Shown here piece after piece: positions 38,868 to 48,161 of a stretch of 64,000 bases of DNA. The stretch spans positions 1,184,001-1,248,000 of the forward strand of contig CAWJGT010000003.1 in NCBI GenBank assembly GCA_963842525.1, in the 5' to 3' direction. Below the pieces are notes generated by a model that saw nothing but the letters and a program-made list of their open reading frames with translations, was not told where the DNA came from and ran no database searches. The stretch's first letter is position 1, and every line of letters starts with the position of its first letter. The DNA is from an uncultured Holophagales bacterium. Its GTDB lineage: Bacteria > Acidobacteriota > Thermoanaerobaculia > Multivoradales > UBA5704. The position numbers and the translations under genes were made by a program.

Positions 38868-39797
38868 CTACGCCGACCGATCGATATGGTATTTCGCCAG
38901 CTTGCGGTAGAGGGTCATCCGCGACCAGTTCAAGCTCTTGGCCGCCTCCGCCTTGTTCCATTTCGTCTGTTCGAGCGCTCCCAGGAGCTGGTCCCGTTCA
39001 CTCGGCGCGCTGGCCCGATAGCGCAGGAACATGTTTTGGAATACCGGCGGCAGGTCGGCAAGGCCGATGCCTCCGCTGGGCGGATCGATGAAGATCGCTT
39101 CCACCAGGTTGCGCAGCTCGCGCACGTTGCCCGGCCAATCATGGGCCAGCAGGCAGCGGATCAGCTCGCCGTCGGGTGCGCCGACCGCGCGGCGGTCGCG
39201 GAGGTTCAATTCCTCGGTGGCATGGCGGAACAGCAGCGGGATGTCTTCCGGGCGTTCTTTCAGCGCCGGCAGATCCAGCCGCGCCACGTTGAGCCGGTAA
39301 AAGAGGTCGGTCCGAAAGCCACCGCTCTGCATCAGGGATTCGAGCGGCAGGTTGGTGGCGGCGATCACGCGCAGGTCCACGGCAACGGTCCGTCCCGCGC
39401 CCACCGGCGTGACCTCGTGGGTCTCCAGCACGCGCAGCAGCTTCGGCTGGGCGTGCAGTCTCATCTCGCCGATCTCGTCGAGGAAGAGCGTTCCGCCGTC
39501 CGCCTGGACCACATGCCCCTTGCAGGCGCTCACCGCTCCTGTGAACGCGCCGCGTTCATGGCCGAAGAGCTCCGACTCGATCAGGCTGTCCGGCAACGCC
39601 GCGCAGTTGACGGCGACGAATGGGCGGCGGGCGCGCGGGCCCAATGCATGGAGCGTCCGCGCGACCCGTTCCTTACCCGTCCCGGTGGCACCCGTGATCA
39701 GAACGGTCGCCGGCGAGCGGGCGACCTTCGGCAGATAGGCCCGCAGCGCGGCCATTGCCGGACTGATTCCCACGACCATCTCCACAAGATCGGCCAT
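38868..39797 (-). CDS. Sigma-54 enhancer-binding protein (AAA+ and Fis HTH) without N-terminal sensor domain
   Basis: GATGTGKE, ESELFGHERGAFTGA, LFLDEIG, FRTDLFYRL, WPGNVREL, SRMTLYRKL; only 309 aa. Confidence 0.95.
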   Translation of the reverse strand: MADLVEMVVGISPAMAALRAYLPKVARSPATVLITGATGTGKERVARTLHALGPRARRPFVAVNCAALPDSLIESELFGHERGAFTGAVSACKGHVVQADGGTLFLDEIGEMRLHAQPKLLRVLETHEVTPVGAGRTVAVDLRVIAATNLPLESLMQSGGFRTDLFYRLNVARLDLPALKERPEDIPLLFRHATEELNLRDRRAVGAPDGELIRCLLAHDWPGNVRELRNLVEAIFIDPPSGGIGLADLPPVFQNMFLRYRASAPSERDQLLGALEQTKWNKAEAAKSLNWSRMTLYRKLAKYHIDRSA

Positions 39798-39811
39798 GTT
39801 GGGTGCTTTCC

Positions 39812-39847
39812 GTGCGACAACCTAGGACATTTTCGAACCTGCGTCAA
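39812..39847 (-). promoter_or_regulatory. Putative sigma-70 promoter of the EBP gene with overlapping TGTCGCAC site
   Basis: Minus TTGACG-N17-TAGGTT, overlapping by one base with TGTCGCAC, identical to the motif at 38830. Confidence 0.5.
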
Positions 39848-39924
39848 TCCGCGTAATCCATGCAAGCCGCCTGAACGCGGCGACTCCTTGGGTTTCGCCA
39901 GGACCCGCCGGATTCTGACCGGTT

Positions 39925-39992
39925 CCCCCCTCTCCCGTTCGGGGCGGGGGGGTGCGGGACGCACGGGAGAGGGGGGTTAGGGGGTGAGGGGC
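39925..39992. repeat. REP-like palindrome (CCCCCTCTCCC...GGGAGAGGGGG..GGGGTGAGGGG)
   Basis: Same motif family as the inside of 1192-1410. Confidence 0.65.
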
Positions 39993-40727
39993 CTACCGGC
40001 TCCAGTAGGTCCGGACTCCGTAGACGAGGACCGCCACGGAGAAGGCGCCGCAGACGAATCCCCAGAACCAGTAGGGCAGGAAGAGGACCTGCTGCATCTG
40101 CATGACATCCGATGGATAGATGCCGGCCGCCCGTGCGAAGAGGTAGTCGGCCCGCGAGAAGACGCTCAGGGCGAGTTGGACCCCCACGAAGACAACCAGC
40201 CACTGCGCGTGCTCCGGCGTGCTCCGGGCTACGGTGAACAAGCAGATCGCGGCGAGCAGGCCGACGAAGCCGAAGCCGAAGACGTTGCGCACCACCAGGA
40301 CCTCGGCGGCGACGAGCAGGAGGCCCAGACCCACGAGACAGGCGCGGGCTCCGTGCCCGGTCTTCCCCAGGGAAAAACAGACCGCCGCCGCCACCGCAGG
40401 CCCCACCAGTCCTCCCGCCATCGTCAACGCCTGCCGGATGCGGCCGAAGCCGTCGACGCTGAGGTGCGCTACGCCGGCTCCATTCAGCCACATTTCGAGG
40501 CGGTCGAACCTGCCGCCGAGGAGCAGGGTCGTGATCCCATGCCCCATCTCGTGCGCCAGGGTCGAGAGCAGGAGGAGCGGGCGGGCGAGGACCCGGCCGT
40601 ACGGAATCAGATACAACACCAGGGTGGCGGCGGCGCTCGCGAGGAGGACCGTCCGCGGGCTGACGGCCGACTGCGCCGCGACCGCCTGGTCGAGCAGAGA
40701 GGGCGAAGGGTTTTCTTGCGGGATCAT
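39993..40727 (-). CDS. M50B-like membrane metallopeptidase
   Basis: TLAHEMGHG, MAGGLVGP, SD motif; multiple TM helices. Confidence 0.85.
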   Translation of the reverse strand: MIPQENPSPSLLDQAVAAQSAVSPRTVLLASAAATLVLYLIPYGRVLARPLLLLSTLAHEMGHGITTLLLGGRFDRLEMWLNGAGVAHLSVDGFGRIRQALTMAGGLVGPAVAAAVCFSLGKTGHGARACLVGLGLLLVAAEVLVVRNVFGFGFVGLLAAICLFTVARSTPEHAQWLVVFVGVQLALSVFSRADYLFARAAGIYPSDVMQMQQVLFLPYWFWGFVCGAFSVAVLVYGVRTYWSR

Positions 40728-40751
40728 GGAATGCTCCCTGGAGAGTCCGGC

Positions 40752-41480
40752 CTAGTCGGTCCGCGCGTAGACCGGGGCCAGGAAGGCCGCCTCGAAGTCC
40801 GGGCCGATCGTGGGAATCCGGAAGGCGACCTGCCAGTAGACGGCCTCGTCGCGGCCGAGGTCCGTCCCCGGCAGGTCGGGCGGGATCTCGAAGGCCAGAC
40901 GCACCTCCTTCAGCCGGTCCTCGGGCACCGGGATCTCGGTCATCTGCCGGTAGATCGCCACCGGCTCCAGGGAGACATGCTCGCCGCCTTCTCCCGTGCC
41001 GGCGACCCGCTCGTCGCGGACACAGCGCAGGATCACCTGGACCGACCCGATGGGCTCCAGGGCCGGCCGGGTGACCAGCACCCCTTCCAGCCGGCCGCCG
41101 ACGAAGACGGGGAATGTCGTCCATTGCATGCGCGGCCGGATGCGGCGGGACGCCTGCCACAGCTTGAGGAGGATGTCGAAGACGATCACGACCCCGAGAA
41201 CGTCGAGGAGCACGATGACATTCTCCAGGAGGACGCTGGACGAGACGAGGCCGAGGTTGGCGAGCGCGATCAGGCCCAGCAGGCCCAGCCGTGCGAGGAA
41301 TGGGTGGCCGGTGTCCAGCGCGTAGTCCGGCTCCTGCCCCGCGGGCTGCCAGGAGTAGTCCGTAGCCCAGGGGCCGTCGCCGCCCGGGCCAGAGGCGGAC
41401 CGCTTCCCGGCCGGCCGGACCGCCAACCGGGACGGGACATACAACCGCTGAGGCTCGCGCAGCTCCTGGATCGGCTCCAT
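40752..41480 (-). CDS. Hypothetical membrane protein (2 TM + arrestin-like beta domain)
   Basis: AAGGAG RBS, MEPIQ start, FEIPPDLPGT..VYW pattern. Confidence 0.6.
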   Translation of the reverse strand: MEPIQELREPQRLYVPSRLAVRPAGKRSASGPGGDGPWATDYSWQPAGQEPDYALDTGHPFLARLGLLGLIALANLGLVSSSVLLENVIVLLDVLGVVIVFDILLKLWQASRRIRPRMQWTTFPVFVGGRLEGVLVTRPALEPIGSVQVILRCVRDERVAGTGEGGEHVSLEPVAIYRQMTEIPVPEDRLKEVRLAFEIPPDLPGTDLGRDEAVYWQVAFRIPTIGPDFEAAFLAPVYARTD

Positions 41481-41568
41481 GCTCTCCTTGGGACGCCGCC
41501 GAGGCGCCTCCGCGGCGGCAATCCTACAGGAGTCGGCCGAGTGCGGTAGGCTCTGGCTCAGGAGGGCT

Positions 41569-42000
41569 ATGGACATCGAGACCGGGAACATCCAAGGCGT
41601 CGGCCCCGAGGACCGCGTGGTGCTGTTCGACGGGGTCTGCAACCTCTGCAACGGCTGGGTGCGGTTCCTGATCAAGCGGGATCGGAAGGCCCGGTTGCGC
41701 CTGGCGTCGGTGCAGTCGGACGCCGGCAAGGCGATCCTCGCGGCATGCGGGCTGCCCACCGATCAATATGACACCATGGTGTTCGTCGAGAAGGGCCGGG
41801 CGTACGTCAAGTCCACGGCCTTCCTGCGTGTGGTCCGCTACTTTCCCTGGCCGTGGCCGTTGCTGTCCGCGGGCCGCATCGTGCCGCGACCGGTCCGGGA
41901 TTGGCTGTATGACCGGGTCGCCTTGAACCGCTATGCCCTGTTCGGCCGCACGGAAGCCTGCATGGTGCCCACGGCGGACATCCGGCGCCGGTTCCTCTGA
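41569..42000 (+). CDS. DCC-family (DUF393) thiol-disulfide oxidoreductase
   Basis: VLFDGVCNLCNG, RDWLYDRVALNRYALFG. Confidence 0.92.
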   Translation: MDIETGNIQGVGPEDRVVLFDGVCNLCNGWVRFLIKRDRKARLRLASVQSDAGKAILAACGLPTDQYDTMVFVEKGRAYVKSTAFLRVVRYFPWPWPLLSAGRIVPRPVRDWLYDRVALNRYALFGRTEACMVPTADIRRRFL

Positions 42001-42018
42001 TCGCGATAGTCTCTGACC

Positions 42019-42949
42019 GTGCCGACCTCACGAACCGATTCCCCTCTGTCCCCGTGTGTCCTGGTCGTCAAGACGCCGGTCGCCTCCCGCAAGCGGGTGG
42101 TGGACCGGCTCGCGAGCACCGGCCGGAGGCTCGCCGGCCAGGTAGCGGACGCGGCGAGCGAGCAGGAGCTCGACGATCGCCGCCTTGCAGGAGGCCCTCG
42201 CCCGTCTGGGGGTCACGCCTGTCACGGTCTCCGTCGATGCGCTCGACGCCAAGGCGCGCCGTGCTCTCGCCGGCGCCCGCCTCGTCATCTCGGCCGGCGG
42301 CGACGGGACCCTTCTCGCCGCCTCGCACTGGGTGACCGGGGGCACCCTGCTCGGCGTCAACTCCGCGCCGCGTTCGAGCGTGGGCTACATGTCGATCGCC
42401 CGGCGCGCCAACCTGGCCCGCGTCCTGGCGCGGATCGTGAGCGGAGCGCTGCAGCCGCAGCAGGTCGCCCGCATCGAGGTCGAGCTCGAGGGAGAGCTCC
42501 TGCCGCCGGCGCTCAACGACGTTCTCATCGCGCACGAGCAGCCGGCGGCGACCAGCCGCTACCGGCTGCACCTCGGCCGCCGCGCGGAGGAACACCGCAG
42601 CTCCGGGTTGTGGGTCGCGACGGCCGTGGGCTCGACGGCGGGAATCCGTTCCGCGGGCGGCCAGGCGATGGCGCTCGGCGACCGCCGGCTCCAGTTCCGC
42701 GCCCGCGAGCTCTACCGCGCGCACGGCCGCGGCGCGATCCTGGAATCCGGCTTCGTGGAGCCGGACCAGAAGCTGGTCGTCGAGTCCGCCATGGAGGCGG
42801 GCTGGCTCTTCATCGACGGTGCGCGGATGGCAATCCGCTTTCCCTTCGGCGCCCGCGCGACCTTCCGCGTCGCCGAGCAGCCGCTCTTCCTTTTCGCGGA
42901 CCCGGCGCGCTGGGCGCCTGGTGAGGGTCTTCAGCAGCCTCGCGAATAG
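42019..42949 (+). CDS. nadK: NAD(+) kinase-like protein, frameshift near 42170-42185
   Basis: GGDGTLL, ALNDV, SSGLWVATAVGSTA, IDG; N-terminus lies in a different frame. Confidence 0.75.
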
Positions 42950-43822
42950 AACCAGGCTGTGGGCTTGCCGTCTTGGTCCCACGCGGGGATCCAGCCGCTC
43001 GCGACGACCGGCGGGGTGCCTCCTTCACAGGGGCTCTGCTCCAGCACCTCGACCTTGAACCAGAGCATGTCGCCGTCCCGGCGGGCCTCCAGCACCTTGG
43101 CAGGGACCTCCCGGCCCGCCTCGCGGGGCACCGGCGCCTCGACGGCCGGAGCCTTCAGGTCCGGAGCTTCCCGGAGCCGGGTATCCCAGGCGTCGGTGAG
43201 CCAGTTGAGCCGGTTCATCACCAGCTCTTCCAGCGGGAAATAGCGGCCCGCGGCCCCGAGGTCCATCCAGGCGCGGCCCCCTTCGCGCAGACCCACCAGG
43301 TACCAGGTGCCCTGCTGGCCATAGACGGTGACCGACTCCTCCTCGTAGGCATGCTCCCGGGTTTCGAACCGGGAGAGCGATTCCGGCGGCACGGTCACGA
43401 GGCCCAGGAGCGCATTCGAGGTCCCTGGGGCCGGGAAGCTCGGGCGGAACCGGTTGCGTGTCCTGGACGGGGGTCGGAGCCGGAGCAGGACCAGGAGCAG
43501 GAGCGCCATCGGCAACCTCGATGTCGTGCCGTTCGACCCGCTGCACGCCGACGAACCAGATCGACGCGGCTCCCGCCAGCAGCGCAACCAAAGCGGCGGG
43601 GAGGAGGGTGGACGGCGCCAGACGGAGCGCCAGCAGGATCCCGGCGGCAAGCCCGGCAAAGGCGCCGCCGAAACCGAGCAGCGCGACCGTCGCACCGCCG
43701 GCCATGCCCGCATCCGGGGGGACGAAAAACCGCGCAGCCAGGATGCCGCCCAGCATGAAGCCGAGCATCGTGAGGCCCAACGTCAAAAGAGTCCCGAAGA
43801 GGAGGCGTTTCATGGGATTCAT
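42931..43822 (-). CDS. Hypothetical membrane-anchored protein with SH3-like C-part, frameshift near 43430
   Basis: TM N-terminus in 43025-43822 frame; globular C-terminus (WYLVG..GRAW, GWIPAW) in 42931 frame. Confidence 0.55.
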
Positions 43823-43942
43823 AATACCTCCTCGTGGAAGCGGAGGAGTCCTACGACGGGGCCTGCGGGCTGCTTTGGCTGCACTGCCGGCGAGGGGATA
43901 AAGGGCCGCCGGGCCCGCGGAGCAGACCCGGCGGTCGATGAC

Positions 43943-44908
43943 CTACTGGCAGGTATGAATGCAGCTCGTCCAGTCGGTCCCGTAGTCGGCGGGATCGAGG
44001 CAGCGGGTGCTTCCCGATACGGCCGCGCCACTGCAGCAAGAAGTCTGGGAGAGGGTGTCGTCGACCCCTCCGGACGGTGCGCAACTGCCCGTGGGCACGG
44101 AGCCGCAGATGTGGAAGCAGCTTGCCCAGGTCGTCCCGTAGTCCGCCGGATTGGTGCAGTAGGTGCTGCCGTTCACGGCTACGCCGCTGCAGCAGCTCGT
44201 GTTCGAGAGGGTGTCGTCCACGCCGCCGTCCGGGATGCAGGACGTGGTTGGCGGGTACCGGTTCTGCGAGCACTGGAGAGCGGAGCGGTCGTCGGTCTCC
44301 AGCGACCGCGCCCCTGACCCGAAGTAGGTGGCGGACATGGTGGGGGCGGGCGCCGAGGACACCTCTGTGTGATGGATGCCCAGGGCGTGGCCGAACTCAT
44401 GGGCGGCGACGGACCAGGTGTCATAGTTGCTGCCGTTGGTCGTCCACGTCACGGCGTTGTTGAAAGTGATATCCGACTCCACGAGCACCTGCCCGGGCTG
44501 CTGCAGGACCAGCGCTGTGAGGGCAAGGCAACTGCCGGAGCAGCCCACGCCCGTGCCCCAGGACGCTGTGTTGACCCCGTCGAGGGAGAACCCGGCCGCG
44601 GTCCTCCCCCGGTAGGTCGGAGAGTGATTGGCGTTGAGCACGAAGGTCCACACGTTCATGGCGTTATACAGGGCTGCATCCTTGCCGGAGCCCTGGTTCG
44701 CGACGTTGTGGTACCAGTTGGTATTGGCGGCATTCCAGTGGACGAACCCGTTGGCATCGTTGCACGTCACCAGGAATCCGCTGGTCTGCCACCCGCTGTT
44801 GAAGTTCTGGATGAGCCGGTACGCGTGGGAAGGTGCGGCCGAGCCAAGCAGCGCTGCCAGCACGGCACAGGTCGTGAGCCGGGTCGATGTCTTCGCGAGC
44901 TTCATCAC
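43943..44908 (-). CDS. Secreted matrixin-like (metzincin) metalloprotease with two Cys-rich C-terminal repeats
   Basis: Signal peptide; HEFGHALGIHH, Met-turn PTM; C..GGVDDTLS.TSCCSG.AV.GST.C..PADYGT.W.SC.H.C twice. Confidence 0.88.
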   Translation of the reverse strand: MMKLAKTSTRLTTCAVLAALLGSAAPSHAYRLIQNFNSGWQTSGFLVTCNDANGFVHWNAANTNWYHNVANQGSGKDAALYNAMNVWTFVLNANHSPTYRGRTAAGFSLDGVNTASWGTGVGCSGSCLALTALVLQQPGQVLVESDITFNNAVTWTTNGSNYDTWSVAAHEFGHALGIHHTEVSSAPAPTMSATYFGSGARSLETDDRSALQCSQNRYPPTTSCIPDGGVDDTLSNTSCCSGVAVNGSTYCTNPADYGTTWASCFHICGSVPTGSCAPSGGVDDTLSQTSCCSGAAVSGSTRCLDPADYGTDWTSCIHTCQ

Positions 44909-45501
44909 TGTGCCTCCTTGCGGGCGTCCTGGCGGTCCGCGATCGACCGGATCGACCGGATCATGGCGTCGAGCAGAAGCCCCTTGGCCCCGCCCGGAGG
45001 ATCGACGAACCCGAGAGCGTCCGGATGGAGCGGATGCCGGTTCGCCTGGCTGATGGCCCGCAGGCCGTCACGGGCTTTCACCACCTCGAAAACGCCCTGT
45101 GAGTGATCGACCACCGTGCGGGCTCCGGGGGCTCCCGGCAGGTCGCCCTCGTCCAGGAACAGCAGGTAGGGCTTGCCCGGGACCAGCTCGGCCCCGGCGA
45201 CGATCAGGGCTGTGAGGTCGCCGACGGACCCGCCCATGAGGGTCACCGTGAAGACGGTGTCCCTGGGGTCGCCCTTGAGGACATCGGTGGCCTTGACGCG
45301 GACGTCTGTGAGGATGAAGGTCTCTGTCTCATTCCAGTACGAATGGGCGTCGAGGACCTCGCCTACGACGACGGTCGCGTTGCTCGCGACCAGGCCGTCC
45401 AGGCTCTGGCGGATCAGCGTGGATGCGCTCGACGGTGCGACAGCGCCCGCGGTCATCGCCAGGACCAGGGCACCTCGCAGCACTCTGCTTCTCAACTGCA
45501 T
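44905..45501 (-). CDS. Secreted partner protein of the matrixin (pro-domain/OB-fold-like)
   Basis: Signal peptide; LDGLVASNATVVVGEV, DVLKG, GG.VG, GKPYLLFL; GTGA coupling. Confidence 0.75.
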   Translation of the reverse strand: MQLRSRVLRGALVLAMTAGAVAPSSASTLIRQSLDGLVASNATVVVGEVLDAHSYWNETETFILTDVRVKATDVLKGDPRDTVFTVTLMGGSVGDLTALIVAGAELVPGKPYLLFLDEGDLPGAPGARTVVDHSQGVFEVVKARDGLRAISQANRHPLHPDALGFVDPPGGAKGLLLDAMIRSIRSIADRQDARKEAQ

Positions 45502-45699
45502 GACACCTCCTTAGGGCAGATCAGCCCTACGGTTAAACGGCAACCAAGAATTTGCGTTGCCCTTCTAATAGCGAGGTGCCTATGGAAGTGAAAAGCGGGA
45601 CAAGGGCTCCGTAGCCCGCCACGGAGGTTCTCAACGGAGAGTACGCCGAGGATCCGGGGGAGCCGCAATGCCTGCGAGGAGCGACGGCGGCAGCCAGCC

Positions 45700-46130
45700 G
45701 GCTGCGACGACGCGCTGCCGCTCGGCGTCGACCAGCCGGCGGATCCTCTCGACCCGGCGAGCATCGGGTCGAGGAGGAGCCAATTCGCATCGCGATAGCC
45801 GAGGTCGATGGCGGTATCGAGGGCGCGGAGCGCTGCGTCCTCGCGTCCGAAACCCGCTTCGAGGAGCGCCTCGTCGAGTGCGCCGTCGGGCCACTCGTCG
45901 CCTTGGGCGGGCACCATCTGGTAACCCCGGCCCCTGGCCCGGGCCGGAAACGTGCAAGAGCGTGAGCCTCTCCGAAGCATGAAGCTCTGTTTTACGCCCG
46001 CGGGACAGGCTGTTGGTCACGGCTGCTCGCGCCTTGGATCGGCCTGGGCCGCCGCTGCTTCGGCTACTACCTGGTCACGGCACAGAAACGCTGAAGCCGG
46101 CAGAGCCCCGGCCGAGGCCGGGGCTTGGCC
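45700..46130 (-). pseudogene. Remnant of a TPR-type C-terminus
   Basis: GREDAALRALDTAIDLGYRDANWLLLDPMLA resembles the terminal TPR of kinase/TolB-like proteins; no intact ORF. Confidence 0.4.
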
Positions 46131-46138
46131 GCCTCACG

Positions 46139-47455
46139 TCAGGCTTTGAGCCGGGACGAGTTGCTCAGGACGGCCGACATCGCATCCAGCTCATTGGTCC
46201 GGCAGAGGAACGTCCATGCTTCGACTGAATCGATGTTGGGTGCGAACAAACACTCAGAGCACCCGTTCGACTCACAGGTCAAAAGGAAAGGATCACCAAA
46301 GCCGGGCAGCGACTGGCCAGGCTCGATTCCCCACAACGCCTCCCAAATCGCTACCGCGGCTCGGCGATCCGTGCAGCCAACCCAGTCTGGATTCAACTGG
46401 CTGGCTTGATTGGCATTCCATGCTGCTTCGGCAGTCTTCTCGAAGGGTTCGTCATAGGTGGCTCCGACGACATTGCGGTACCGCGACAGGAAGCGGAGCA
46501 ACCCACCCCGCCCTGTGGATTCGTCGCTCGTGAAGTCTCCGAGGGGGCTCTTGCCGAACTGGAAGCTGAAGGGGGGTTCCTGGACGACCTCCGAGGGTCC
46601 GGGAAAGAATGGATTCTGAACCGCGCCGACGACGTTGTGCAACAGTGTCTCCGGCTCGATAGTCACACCGGAGAATGAAACATTCGGCCGCAGCGCGACG
46701 AGCTCTGCAAGGCCGGCGATGAGCAGGCCTTGCTCCTGGGTGATGACACACTGCAGGTACGGATTCTTGCCGTCCAGGGGAGTCGCGGTGTCCCGCACGA
46801 GCCACACGGTCTGACTCGGATGGGCCAGGTTGTTGGCCAGCGGCAGGTAGTTTCCCTGATTGCTTGCCGGCGGTGTGATCCACTCGGACCACCAGCGATA
46901 GGAATCCTCTGCGGCCTTCGCGCAAATCGAGGGGTCAGCCTGGGGCACCACCCGAGACAACTCGGTGCCCATGCGGGCGAGGCGGGCCGACAGAGCCAGG
47001 TACAGCCCGTTCACCACCGTGTTCTGCACCGGGTTCTGGCCCGCGAGGTCGGTGTTGTAGCAGCCCCCCGCCGGCAGGCCCTGGACCGGAGGGAAGGCCG
47101 CCCAGGCTCTGCTCTGCAAACGGCGCCAGACCTCCCACGCAGAGGACAGGTAGCAAGGCTCCTGATAGCGTTGGTAGGCCTGAATCAGGGCCAGCCCCCA
47201 CCAGCCGTGGTCGTCGAACCAGTTGGCGGCGGAGTTGAAGCCTTTGGGGAAGACTTTCTCAAAGCCGTCGTTGACCATACCCTTGAGCGGCTCCAGGAGC
47301 TGCGGGTCGCCGCCCACCGCCGACCAGTGCTCTGCGAAGGTCAGCGCTGCGCCCAGGGCATTCCCCACCCACCAGTATTTTGGGTCCTCTTCGGTTCCTA
47401 CATAGGTTTTCCAGGCATCGTCGAAACGATCGAAGACCTCTCTCACATCGCACAT
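46139..47455 (-). CDS. GH76-like glycoside hydrolase
   Basis: AGGAGG RBS; YWWVGN, WFDDHGWWGLA catalytic DD, NTVVNGLY. Confidence 0.7.
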   Translation of the reverse strand: MCDVREVFDRFDDAWKTYVGTEEDPKYWWVGNALGAALTFAEHWSAVGGDPQLLEPLKGMVNDGFEKVFPKGFNSAANWFDDHGWWGLALIQAYQRYQEPCYLSSAWEVWRRLQSRAWAAFPPVQGLPAGGCYNTDLAGQNPVQNTVVNGLYLALSARLARMGTELSRVVPQADPSICAKAAEDSYRWWSEWITPPASNQGNYLPLANNLAHPSQTVWLVRDTATPLDGKNPYLQCVITQEQGLLIAGLAELVALRPNVSFSGVTIEPETLLHNVVGAVQNPFFPGPSEVVQEPPFSFQFGKSPLGDFTSDESTGRGGLLRFLSRYRNVVGATYDEPFEKTAEAAWNANQASQLNPDWVGCTDRRAAVAIWEALWGIEPGQSLPGFGDPFLLTCESNGCSECLFAPNIDSVEAWTFLCRTNELDAMSAVLSNSSRLKA

Positions 47456-47559
47456 GTCGACCTCCTTTCGGGTCCTGGAGAGGACGCGCAGACCGCGCGT
47501 CAATCCAGTCATCCGCGTCTTCCAGTGGCAGGTGGCCGCGCGTTGGTACCTGTTCGCCA

Positions 47560-47730
47560 TCGGCTATATGGCCGCGATCCACTCTTTGGCGATAACCTCT
47601 TCCTCATCCCGTTGGCTCTTGTGATTTCGACGCCTGTCCAGGCAGGAGAGGAAATCGGCTGGCGCGGTTATGCGCATCGACCTGATCGTGATCGCTCCCC
47701 TGATGATGCTGGTCACCATCTGGGGCCTGG
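47560..47730 (+). pseudogene. Fragment of CPBP/Abi intramembrane protease
   Basis: QAGEEIGWRGYA motif without an intact gene. Confidence 0.45.
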
Positions 47731-47872
47731 TCGCGGGCTTCAGGAGGCGTCAAGCGTCTGAAGCCGGATGAGCCGCGGGCTCGGGCTGTGGGGGATGGCG
47801 CACCTTGTCTCTTGGACGCCTCGAACGTGCGAGGCGGGCTCAGTTGAACCACACAGTCCAAGGGAGGGTTGC

Positions 47873-48115
47873 ATGAAGAGGCAGAGACGTCTTTGGGTGG
47901 CGTTGTTCATTCTCGCGCTGGCGCTGGGCATCACGGGCTTCCCGGACCGGAGCGCCGACGCGGTGTACTGCCAGAGCTACAGCTCCTGCGAGCACACCTG
48001 CATGCCCCGGGAGGAGGCCTGCCTGGCGGGATTGACGCACCCGGAGTGCGGCGGGGATCCGACCTGCTGCTACGCCAAAGTCAGCCTGTGCTATCAGTGC
48101 TGCATCTGGTATTAG
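47873..48115 (+). CDS. Small secreted 10-Cys peptide
   Basis: GGAGG RBS; signal peptide ending ADA; mature 50 aa with 10 Cys. Confidence 0.7.
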   Translation: MKRQRRLWVALFILALALGITGFPDRSADAVYCQSYSSCEHTCMPREEACLAGLTHPECGGDPTCCYAKVSLCYQCCIWY

Positions 48116-48161
48116 GAGCAGCACACCGCCGGCGCGCCATGGTCGGGTATACTGCCCGGCC

